A stretch of DNA of 64,000 bases. It comes from Diplonema japonicum (Eukaryota; Protista; Euglenozoa: Diplonemea). Where the stretch lies: positions 186,001 to 250,000 of the forward strand of contig OZ025733.1 of NCBI GenBank assembly GCA_964019335.1. Reading direction: 5' to 3'. A program made the translations under genes and the position numbers. Positions 53,048 through 63,190 of the stretch are shown here, one piece after another. Position 1 is the first letter of the stretch; each line of letters opens with the position of its first letter. The notes under the pieces are model-generated. The model was not told where the DNA came from and made no database searches. It saw nothing but the letters and a program-made list of their open reading frames with translations.

Positions 53048-53939
53048 ATGAAATATGTTCTAAGCATGTTGGGGGTGGTGGCTGTCGTGGCGTCACAGAC
53101 CCCGATGCCGCACCAGGTGCTTCCTGCGCAGCTTGAAGACGAAGCGAGGTACCAGCTATACGCCGCCTACGGCGCTTACTGCAGGAAAGAATCTCTCGAG
53201 AAGTGGGACTGCAAGTGGTGCAAGAGGATGGGCGAGTCCACCGTGTACGGCGTCGTAGACAACTCCACCAAGACTAAAGGACAGGCCTTCGTGGTGCGGA
53301 ACAACGCCTCCATGATCATCGTGTCCTTCAGGGGGTCGCACAACATCCCCAACTGGATCGAGGACTTCACCTTTGTGAAGACCCCCCTCACATGGCCCGG
53401 TGTTCCCAAGGGTGTTGAGGTCCACGAAGGTTTCCTTGAGTCTTACGAAGTATTGAAAACAGATCTGTTCCTTTGGGTTGCAAAGGCACAGAAGGACTGC
53501 CCCACCTGTTCTCTTCATGTGACGGGGCATTCTCTTGGAGCTGCCGAGGCTGCCCTGTGTGCTGTGGATTTCCGTCTTCGTGGTATGAACCCGTACCTGT
53601 GGACCTTCGGGGAGCCGCGTGTTGGGAACAAAGCCTTCGCCGAGTTCTTCTACGAGAAGACCACGCACCCTGTCTTCAGGATGGTGAACAAGAAGGACAT
53701 CGTGCCGCATCTTCCGATGGCCGACCAGTTCTTCCACCACAGGCAGAGGGAGGTCTGGAGGGTCGAGAACGGAACCTACATTATGTGTGACAACACAGGC
53801 GAGGACCATAAGTGTTCCAGGTCGATCCCCCTTCCTGAGTGCTCTGCTGATGACCATCTTGTATGTGAAGAGAAATGGGATACAAAAAAAAAATTTTTTT
53901 TTTTTAAAGGAGTACATGGGCATCCACGAGTCATGCTGA
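53048..53939 (+). CDS. Secreted class-3 lipase, paralogue 2 (exons 53048-53860, 53910-53939)
   Basis: Same motifs as paralogue 1; intron at the same position gives DHL|EYMGIHESC*. Confidence 0.9.
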
Positions 53940-54563
53940 GAGGGGTAGCTAGAGGGAAAGAAAAAAAAAAAGAAAAGACGCATTTTGGTGGAAGGGGGAA
54001 TTTAAAAAAAAAAAAAAAAAAGGAAAAGGGGTGGTTTGAGTGACTCCTTTTTCCTTGTTCTCTTTCTTTCCATCTCTCTTTTTTTTTTTGTAGTCTTTTT
54101 GAAGGAAAAAAAAAATTGATTTAATTTGTTTGTGGATACGAGCGACCTTTCTCTTGTGAATTTCTTAAAATCTTTTTTTATTTTCTCCCTTCGTTTAACT
54201 GTCCACTATAGTAAGTCACACCTGATGATCCAAAAAGGGTGGGCTGGGGGGGTGGGGGTGGCTTTTTACAGCCCCATCCTTCTTCTCTTTATAGTTTTCA
54301 TGTTCAAAAGAAAAAAACGTATCACTTCGTGTGGAATCACTCTTTCTTTCTTGTTCATACACAGCGAGTTTTACCGTTATCAATAACGTGTGGATTTCTT
54401 TTATGAAAATAAAAATAAAAATAAAATGGCGTTATTTACAGTTAAAAATCGCTTATGTATGATTTATTAAAACTTTCTTTTATTCTCCACCCCTTTTGTA
54501 CCTTTCAATGTTTTCTCTTCACCATCCCCCCCCCACCTCAGCTTTAAAAAAAAAAAAAAGAAA

Positions 54564-55010
54564 ATGGAGGAAGTTCTCTCTGCTGGGGTGGTGATGCTCC
54601 GTGAAACTACTGGAGAACGTGAAATATTCCTGATGCAAAGACAATATTTCAAGAAGGGCAAGGCGACGCCGTTAGGATGGGAGCTTCCGAAGGGAAGAGT
54701 TGAAAAGGGTGAAACCCGAGAAGAGGCCGCCGTACGAGAACTAGAAGAGGAGACGGGGCTCACCGACACTGACCCGGAACAGCTAAAGCTCCTGGACCAC
54801 GTCTCGTACACCCTACAACAAGACGGTGTAGAAAAACGAAAAACTGTCGTTTTCTTCATCGGCTACGCGAAAAAAGATCCCACCTTCGACCTCACCAAGA
54901 GGGAGACTGGAACCCATTCCGTGGGATGGTACACAGAAGCACAGGTGAAGTGCTTGCACCACCGAAACAAAACAGTCGGTGAAATATGCGAAAAAGCGTT
55001 TAGATTCTAA
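54564..55010 (+). CDS. Nudix hydrolase (Ap4A hydrolase-like)
   Basis: Nudix box GRVEKGETREEAAVRELEEETGL preceded by WELPK; SAGVV at the N-terminus; KTVVFF. Confidence 0.88.
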   Translation: MEEVLSAGVVMLRETTGEREIFLMQRQYFKKGKATPLGWELPKGRVEKGETREEAAVRELEEETGLTDTDPEQLKLLDHVSYTLQQDGVEKRKTVVFFIGYAKKDPTFDLTKRETGTHSVGWYTEAQVKCLHHRNKTVGEICEKAFRF

Positions 55011-55151
55011 CGCAATTTCTTTTTTTTTTTTTTTTTTTTTTTTCCCCTCAGACCTATCCCAAGAGGGGAAATTTTTTTTTTTTTAATATTTACCTCTTCA
55101 ATTCATAAAAAAAAAAAAAAAAAAAAAGGAAACCGGGTACGGGTTGGTACC

Positions 55152-56978
55152 ATGAAATGTATCGAGGTTTGCTTGGCGCCCCTCCACCGTCGGGTGGTGT
55201 TACCTCATGACTCTGCGGACATGGCGAGCCGTAAGAAGATTCTGACTGCAGCGTACACATTCGTGTTTTTATTCTTGCTCCTCGCGATGATCAACAGCTA
55301 CGCGTTCTACTCTCCGGGGTGGAGAATGCAGTTCATATCAATGCACCTAGGCGTGTTCAGCAGCGGGTTTGGATTGGTGTGGCTCCTCACTATGAGAACT
55401 GCTCCAGACTGGCTGATATTCTTCACAATGGGCCTTCACCTCATACAAATCGTAATGTTGGACTGGTCAACGGCAGCTGGAAATGAGAACAGATTGTGGC
55501 AGTTTGTTGTTCTGCTCATCGACATCACCTTGGTGGTGAACCTCAAACGCGTGTACTCCGACATAATGATCGTTGTCGTGTCGCTGTGGTTAACGCTGGT
55601 TGGAATAGAAAGCTGCGTGAGATTCGGTTTATTCGATGCCCCAACGCTTCCTCCGCACGACGAAAGAATTTTAAAAACAGACTGTTCGAATCCACCATGT
55701 GCTGTGAGCGCGTACGTCGGTGTGTTTGATATTCTTGGATACGTGTTGATATTTAGTTTGGACTACTATTTTACAAAAGGTTTCGCCGATCAAGTTCGTG
55801 AGGAGAAGGACACAATGATGGCGTCTATTCAAGTAACACAAAGAATCGCGATGAACCTCGCTGCCTTCGATCTAACACATGCGGAGGTTGACTTGTCGTT
55901 GCATGGCGGGTCCCTCCCGCCGGACCTCGTCGCTGTGTTGTCCGACATTCTCAACAATCTCAAAATGTACAAACCGTACCTCCCGCAGTCATGTCTTCCT
56001 GAAACACAGGATTATACCCCGACGGAACCGTCCGACACGTCGGTTTCAAACAGTGTTAAATCAGCTTTAAGCAGTTCAATGCAAACCGCGTCGGGGATTT
56101 CGTCCATGACGGTTACAACGGCGACGAGGGATTCAGTGGCGGGGTGTGTGGTGGTACCTGTTGCGCAGATTGAGAAGGTGTTCGAAAAAAAACGCGGCGG
56201 GCTCATCGTTTTCAACATACAAAAAACACATCAAACCATCGCAGAGAACCCCATGAAATACCTCGGGGCCCACGCTAAAGTTCTAAACGCGATTCTTTCG
56301 GCGTCGAGGGCTGCGAAGGGCGTCTTAGAAACATTCGAAGGCGACAAAATGACTGTAAGTTTCAACGCTTCAAAACGCTGTCCTTCATACGCGGTTTCCG
56401 CTGCAAGAGTCGCCGGAATCGTCGTCAGCCAGATCAAAAAAACAAGAGAAGTACTTGTAAATGCTGGTACATCCTGCGGTTCATTTTTCGGTGGTGATAT
56501 GGGCTGCGCCGAGGTGAAGCGTTACAGTATTATAGGTGAACTTGTCCCGTTAACCCATAAAATGGAACGGCTTGGTAGAAAACATGATGTTCCTGTGTTG
56601 TGCACTACGTCGATTCACTCTGATGCGTCGTATTCCTTCCCTTTCAGGATTTGGTTAAAGAAAGTGGTTCGTCAGGAGAAGAGTACGGTTTTTTATGAGT
56701 TGTTGGAGCAGGAGAAACCCGAAGAGGAGCATTTATATTCTCCCGCGGCTCCTCTTGAGACCAGGGACGCAGAATGGATGTACTCGTTGGAAAAGGGGAC
56801 TGACACTTACTGGGCGAAGTTTAATGTTATTTGTAAGGATCTTCTTACTTTGGAGGAGTCTGACGCATCAGTAGTTCTGGATAATGTGAAAAATCAGGTG
56901 TCGGCTTTGAATGATGAAAAGGGTGCGATGTTTGCACACTTGATGAGAAGCCTGCCCTTGGAAACTGTTTATGTGTGA
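55152..56978 (+). CDS. Membrane-anchored class III nucleotide cyclase-like protein, degenerate catalytic motifs
   Basis: About 6 TM helices, NLKMYKPYLPQS linker, cyclase-like core (IVFNI, GVLETFEGDKMTVSFN, GDMGC...YSIIG), AEWMY motif. Confidence 0.75.
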   Translation: MKCIEVCLAPLHRRVVLPHDSADMASRKKILTAAYTFVFLFLLLAMINSYAFYSPGWRMQFISMHLGVFSSGFGLVWLLTMRTAPDWLIFFTMGLHLIQIVMLDWSTAAGNENRLWQFVVLLIDITLVVNLKRVYSDIMIVVVSLWLTLVGIESCVRFGLFDAPTLPPHDERILKTDCSNPPCAVSAYVGVFDILGYVLIFSLDYYFTKGFADQVREEKDTMMASIQVTQRIAMNLAAFDLTHAEVDLSLHGGSLPPDLVAVLSDILNNLKMYKPYLPQSCLPETQDYTPTEPSDTSVSNSVKSALSSSMQTASGISSMTVTTATRDSVAGCVVVPVAQIEKVFEKKRGGLIVFNIQKTHQTIAENPMKYLGAHAKVLNAILSASRAAKGVLETFEGDKMTVSFNASKRCPSYAVSAARVAGIVVSQIKKTREVLVNAGTSCGSFFGGDMGCAEVKRYSIIGELVPLTHKMERLGRKHDVPVLCTTSIHSDASYSFPFRIWLKKVVRQEKSTVFYELLEQEKPEEEHLYSPAAPLETRDAEWMYSLEKGTDTYWAKFNVICKDLLTLEESDASVVLDNVKNQVSALNDEKGAMFAHLMRSLPLETVYV

Positions 56979-57021
56979 GGGAAAAAAAAAAAAAAAAAAA
57001 AAATCAGTTTTTCGTATTTGG

Positions 57022-57056
<35 letters not shown>

Positions 57057-57151
57057 ATACGCCAAAGAGGAAATATTGAATTGTGTCCCATTTTTTTTTT
57101 AAACACAAACATTAGATGAGCTATTAGTTTTTTTTTTTTTTTTTTTCCCCT

Positions 57152-57425
57152 AGGTGGTGGGGATAACATGAAAATATAAGAAAAACATCAGATGTGTTGT
57201 TCGCTGTTGACCTCCTCGTCGGTCATCACCGGTAGCACCCGAGTGGAAGAACGTAACGCAGATGCTCAGGGTGACGAACAGGCAGCAAACTGCACGAGTG
57301 CAGAATCTTGGTTACCTGGGACGCACCGGCTGGGGTTGAGCTGTACACCGCACGCATTAAGGACACAACGCGGAACGCAGAAGAAGCTACAACTCGGCCG
57401 CGGCGCACCCCCTGTAATCAAGTAG
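57152..57425 (+). repeat. ~270-bp dispersed repeat, copy 1 (possible decayed FN3-like gene fragment)
   Basis: Near-identical to 61910-62181; one frame reads ILVTWDAPAGVELYTARI; begins at an AG after a poly-T tract. Confidence 0.8.
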
Positions 57426-57437
57426 ACAGTTGTTGTG

Positions 57438-57472
57438 CAGGGCGCCGCCAACACCGGCCTCCTTTAACTCAT
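57438..57472 (+). promoter_or_regulatory. Intergenic hairpin element (type A)
   Basis: CAGGGCGCCG-CCAACAC-CGGCCTCCTTTAACTCAT; compensatory G-C for the A-T pair of the 7434 copy. Confidence 0.5.
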
Positions 57473-57732
57473 ATATATATATATTTTTTTTTTTTTTGTG
57501 ATCAGCCTTTGCGAATTGGAGGAAAAAAAAAAGGAAAAAAAAAACAGAAAAATGAAAGTGGCGGGGCCATTATGCTAACCCCTACTTGTTGGTTCGTTGC
57601 CCCTTCCCCCCCTCCACCTTTTTTTTCTCTCCCCCCCCCCCGTCTTTTTTTTTGGAATTTCTTTCACCCCCCTTCACACACGTGTCTCTCTCTCTCTTTT
57701 TGTTGAGAGGTTAACAATCAAGTCGGAAAGGG

Positions 57733-57767
<35 letters not shown>

Positions 57768-57845
57768 AAGAAAGAAAGAAACGAAAATTCGCTCTCTGGT
57801 CCTTCGATCGTCCGAAATCCGGAAAGAAAGAAGAAAATAAAAAGG

Positions 57846-57876
<31 letters not shown>

Positions 57877-58027
57877 AAGGCATGTGGTTGCGCTCTTCAC
57901 GCGTTGTTGCTAACACTCCAACCAATCCCACCACTCTCCCATTCCTAATTCCGTGGGGACATTATTCCTCCTTAATTTGAATTTTTTTTTCTGTTTTTTT
58001 TCTTTGCCACCCCCCCCCCCCCCCCCC

Positions 58028-58202
58028 CTATGCTGGCATGGAAACGCGTTTCCATGCATTTTTTGAAAAAAAGGGAAACGGATACGGAAACGGAAACGGA
58101 AACGTTTCCTTATGTTTCCTTAAGAAGGAAGCCGTTTCCATAAGAATTTTGAAAAGTATGGAAACGGAAACGGAAACGTTTCCACGTTTCCTGCCAGCAT
58201 AG
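58028..58202. mobile_element. 175-bp MITE, hAT-like
   Basis: TIRs CTATGCTGGCATGGAAACG / revcomp CTATGCTGGCAGGAAACG; internal tandem GGAAAC/AAACGG repeats; poly-C on both flanks, compatible with an 8-bp TSD. Confidence 0.75.
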
Positions 58203-58663
58203 CCCCCCCCCCTGCCACTATATTATTGGTGGCCATAGAATCCCAAGAAACTCCTGTGTTTTCTTTTTTTTTTTTTGAATCGATCCTCTTTTTTTTCTTT
58301 TCCACCCCGCGCTCCACTACAGTTCCCTCTCCTTTGACAACTAATACAGACGATGGGAAGGGATTTAAAAAAAAAATAGCGGCGCGCAAGGGGGGGGGGG
58401 GGGGGGGGGGAAGAAAGAATGGGAGCGTGTCTTGTTTTTTCTTTTTTTTTTCTTTTTTTTCCCTTTCACGTGGCCTGAAGTATTTTTGGTTAGCATACTT
58501 CAAAAGTGTGTCTTACACTGAAAAGCGATGGCAAACTGTTTATGAGTTATAACCTTCTCCGGGTTTAAACCTTCAAACAACTGCCAGTTCCTCTCTTTTC
58601 GAGGAAGAAGAAAAAAAGGGTGGGGAGGGGGAGAGGGGAGGTGGGACAGAGAAAATGGGAGGG

Positions 58664-58705
<42 letters not shown>

Positions 58706-58779
58706 TGAAAAAAAAAAAAAAATATTTCCACACAAAATACCTTGTGTGGTGTCTGTTGAATATAAAGTATCTTTTTTTC

Positions 58780-58810
<31 letters not shown>

Positions 58811-59703
58811 AGAATCCCCGTTTCTCTGCTTCCCCTCCCTTTTTGTTACACCCCCTCCTTTCTGGGAAAATCTTTATTTTCTATTTTTTCTTTCTTCCTT
58901 GTGAAACATTTTTTTTTTTATAAGTTGTCTATCCTGTTGTCTCTCGTGCGGGTTCTCCCTTATTTATTTACTATTTTTTTTTGTATGTTGGATTGGGGGG
59001 AACGTAAAGACTGTAGAAATATCCCCCCCCCCCCCCCCCCCCCCACACAGTCACCCAGAGTAAACTAATGCGTGGACTTTACCAAAGGACTTTATGCCCC
59101 CACCTCCCCCGAACAACTTCGCAGGAGAAATGATAAAGATAGGAGACTTTGTTTTAGCACTTCCCTGTCAGTTTTTCTCTCTTTTTCTTCTTCTTTTTTT
59201 TTTTTTTTTTTTTTGTAGAGTAGAACGAATTTCGCCTTTTATTTTATGTGGCAGAAAAGAAAAGTTCCCCCCCCCCCCCCATCTCATGTTTTTTTTTCTC
59301 CTTGCTAGGATTAACTTATGCACGTTTTTGAAGTATTCCCTCGCTGTCCCCTGATTGTCGTGATGGCAATCGACCTAAGTGGGGGGGAAAAGATTCCCCT
59401 CCCCCCCCCCCCCCCCCCCCTTGACTCAATCACAAGTTTCTCTATTATGTTTTGGTTTTTTTTTGGGGGGGGGGAAAAGAAAGTATACCGACACCAAAAT
59501 ACCCTATCCCACATAAAATGACGATCCGAGAGCTTGCATATTTTTCTCCTCCCTTCACCACCTCTATGTTTTTACACCGTATATGACTATTGAAGTTGCC
59601 ACATTGGTTTTTTTTTTTTTTTTTTTTTTTTTTTTGTTCCAATTAATTTTGTTTGCAGCACACCTGAGGTTAATTTATATTTTTGATCTTTTAAAAAAAA
59701 AAA

Positions 59704-59739
<36 letters not shown>

Positions 59740-59820
59740 CACTGCTCGTGTGAACGACAAAAAAAAGGAAAAAATATGGAGCAAAACAAAACAAAAACAA
59801 AAAAGTTTTGTCTCTTTCTT

Positions 59821-59859
<39 letters not shown>

Positions 59860-60017
59860 TATTCTCTCTCCTTTTTTTTTTTTTTTTACTTCCACCTCTT
59901 TAAAAAAAAAAAGAGTAAACCCTAGACGGTATAAACAATCTAAAAAAAGAAAAAAAAGAAGAGAGGGAGAGGGGGGAGAAACGCCTTATGTTACTACCCT
60001 TTTATTATTTATTTTTT

Positions 60018-60109
60018 CAAGGGCGGCCCTCCATGAGGGGGTTTGTCCTGCACTTTGAGTTTTTATAGGCGATCCTGTCACATACTGCAGGTTCCCTTCA
60101 AAGGCGCCC
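60018..60109 (+). promoter_or_regulatory. Adjacent type B and type C hairpin elements
   Basis: B copy at 60018-60064 followed directly by GGCGAT-CCTGT-CACATACT-GCAGG-TTCCCTT. Confidence 0.5.
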
Positions 60110-61563
60110 TTTTTTTTAAAAAAAGAAAAGGGGGGCAAAGTACAAATTCGACCCCAAACTTTTGCCGAAAATACAAAAAAAGAATTTAAAGAAATCTGCA
60201 AAATTGACCGGCTTTTTGAATGGGGGGGGGTCAAATAAGTACTTTACCCCCTTTTTTTTAAAAAAAAAGAAAAACCTTTTTATACTATTTTACCTGGTTT
60301 TCGCCATACCAGAATTTATACTCGGGTGTTTGGCAAGGCCAACCTTTTTTTTTCCTCTTTAAATTCACGGGTTCTCCCATATATATAGGATTTCTTTTTT
60401 GACGAAACAAAGTCAGATGTCAAAAAAAAAACTTTTTTTTTACAGTAGCAAAACGATAATTAAAAACTTGTATTATTTTGTGTTGAGCAAGGCACTTTCC
60501 TTTTTTTTTTTTTAAAGAAAAAAAAAAGAAAGTTTTTGCTCCAAATCGTTTGCGCCTTCGTACCGTCTCTAAAACCGTTTAGCACCACCCCCTGAGGACG
60601 CAGAAAATCGCTTTCCTTGCGTTACGAACGTAGTTGATATTTGTAATTTCCTCAATAAACATTTCAGGCCTCTCTTTACAAAATTCCCTCTGGGGGGTTG
60701 GTGTTTAGAGTCATGAAGAGTTACATAAAAAAAAAGAAAGAAAGAAAAAAAAGGGGGGGGGGAAAGGAACGGGCTAGCCCCGTTTCGTTCTGACTATATC
60801 TCGCTTCAGTCAACCTTTTTCACGAAAAGTACTATTTTTTTTTTATAAAAAAAATTTTCCCCCCCTCCCTTTCTCTTTCTATAGATTACTGTAAAACAAA
60901 ACAAAACAAAAGATTTTTTTATATGAGTTAAAGGGGGGGGGGGGGGTCTTTGTGAGATGCCTTTTATAAAAAACAAGAAGAAAAAAGATTTTTCAGGAAA
61001 GGGATTTTCTATTTTCGTCTGTTTGTTTTACAGTAAACTCTTTTTTTTTTTTTTTTTATAATTTCTTTTATACGAGCTCGTGCGGGAAAAAAAAAATGTC
61101 AGCAAATGACCCTTCTAGGTAGCAAAAAACCCTCGTTAAATTTCTAAGTAGAAAAGTAGCCCAACACCACTTTATGTGCAGAATTGCGGTCTAGGCTTGA
61201 TCACCATATAGGTCACAATGCCCGCCGTTTTTTTGTTTTATTTTTAGAATGGTTTCTTGGGGTTTTCTTTTTTTTAAATTTTTTTAGAGGGGAAGTCTTT
61301 TTTACAGACATGGGTGGTCCCATGGAGGAAAAAGAAAAGTTATGCCCGATTTTGCTACTCGTGGTAACATGAGGGGGGGCAACAGGAAACAGCCAAAAAA
61401 GTTTCCCTCCTTTTTTTTTTTTTTTTTTGCCCGTTAAAAGTTTACAGAATGGGTCCCCCCCCCCCCCCCCCTTCTTTCCTGTCTTTCTCCTCCCCTCGGA
61501 CCCCCAGTGCCATGCACATCAGAACTGAGGGCCGAAATAAATGAGGAGAAACTTTTTTTTTAA

Positions 61564-61599
61564 GGCGTCCTGCCACATACCGCAGGTACCCTTAAATGT

Positions 61600-61602
<3 letters not shown>
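61564..61602 (+). promoter_or_regulatory. Intergenic hairpin element (type C)
   Basis: GGCGT-CCTGC-CACATACC-GCAGG-TACCCTTAAATGTCTC; compensatory C-G for the T-A pair of the 52890 copy; followed by ~38 T. Confidence 0.5.
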
Positions 61603-61644
<42 letters not shown>

Positions 61645-61909
61645 GTCGGGACCAGGTTTTTCGCGATTCATTAGATGTAAAATGACTTATTTTTTTTTTT
61701 TTGATACAATTCTCCGTTGGTCTCTAACTTCGCATTTGACTTGTAATGCTCTTAGGGGAAAAGTCTTTTTCTCTTTTTGGATTACATTAGGTCAAAAGCA
61801 GCTTTTTTTTTTTTTTTTATATTATTTTTTCCCCCCCCCTCCTTCTTCTTATTCTCTCGTTCAGTTATTTTTAATTACTTCGGGGTGTTTGTGTATTTTT
61901 TTTTTTTTT

Positions 61910-62181
61910 TAGGTGGTGGGGATAACATGAAAATATAAGAAGTACATCAGATGTGTTGTTCGCTGTTGACCTCCTCGTCGGTCATCACCGGTAGCACCCG
62001 AGTGGAAGAACGTAACGCAGATGCTCAGGGTGACGAACAGGCAGCAAACTGCACGAGTGCAGAATCTTGGTTACCCGGGACGCCCCGGCTAGGGTTGAGC
62101 ACACCGCACGCATTAAGGACACAACGCGGAACGCAGAAGAAGCTACAACTCGGCCGAGGAGCGCCCCCTGTAATCAAGTAG
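61910..62181 (+). repeat. ~270-bp dispersed repeat, copy 2
   Basis: Matches 57152-57425 with a few substitutions and a 3-nt deletion. Confidence 0.8.
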
Positions 62182-62234
62182 GTAGTTCGTGCTTCATTGC
62201 ACGCTTAACGCCACCTAGTGTTGCAATCAAAGCC

Positions 62235-62269
<35 letters not shown>

Positions 62270-62530
62270 ACTATTTATATATGTATATGGTCAAATATGC
62301 GGTATTTGTCTTTACAAAAACCCTGTTTTCCCAAAAAAAAAAAAAGAACTTTTTCAAAGAAGATTTACAACAAAAAAAAGGGGGGGGGGAAAGAAATAGC
62401 AGTATTTAACCACAAAAGTATCCCTAGAATATGTAAACTAACGAAAGAATCCATTTAAGCGGTCGAGTCGGTGAAAGGACCCCAGCACCACAGCCCAAAC
62501 GTGGTTTTGATTGACCCGTTTTTTCGCAGT

Positions 62531-62565
<35 letters not shown>

Positions 62566-62918
62566 AGAGAACGAGTGGTTGGAGCATTGCCGAGCTGTGC
62601 AAAGCAACAATCAACTGTTCTTCTTCTTCTTTTTTTTTTTCGCTGGCCGTTGCTAACCACTTCGTTCCTATCATAGTGATTTTTTTTTTTTTTTTTTTTT
62701 TTTAGTTTTTAATTTAACTCCCTATTATACCACGTTTCCCTGTTACTTCCTTTCCCCCCCCCCTTTTTTTTCTTTCAGTTTTTTTTTTTTTAAATATTCT
62801 TTTTATCGTGAGAGAGTCCTAACTCACAATAAGTTTACCTTGACACAGAGAATATTGTCAAACTATCTAAAAGACAAAAAAAAAAAAAAAAAAAAAAAAA
62901 GAAAGCAAGCCCGATAAG

Positions 62919-63190
62919 ATGGGAAGTGACCTTCCCGTTCTGCTGTACACCTGCATCACCAACGATGCTTTCTGATTTTAAACCCTTAAGCTTAAAAAAA
63001 AGAAGATGATGAGTCCCAAGGGCCAATCGGGTGGTGATCAGGTACCCCTGGATACCATTGGCATGCATCAAGAAACTAGCAACGCTCGGGTCAGAAAAGT
63101 TACTCGAAAAAAAAAAAGAAGACAAAAACCTATTGGTGATAATGGCAACAAGAGACACCTTGGGTGTTTACCCAAGTCTCAGGTCGAGCA
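62919..63190 (+). pseudogene. Possible decayed fragment of a UBL-ankyrin-type gene
   Basis: QSGGDQVPLDTIGMHQ resembles QSDDKIPLQSLGVWQ of the 46502 protein; frames are broken. Confidence 0.2.

Noticed and set aside
62432-62470. Spliced-leader RNA gene suggested by AACTAACG
   Set aside because: The rest of the conserved SL exon (..TTTCTGTACT(T/A)TATTG|GTA) is absent.
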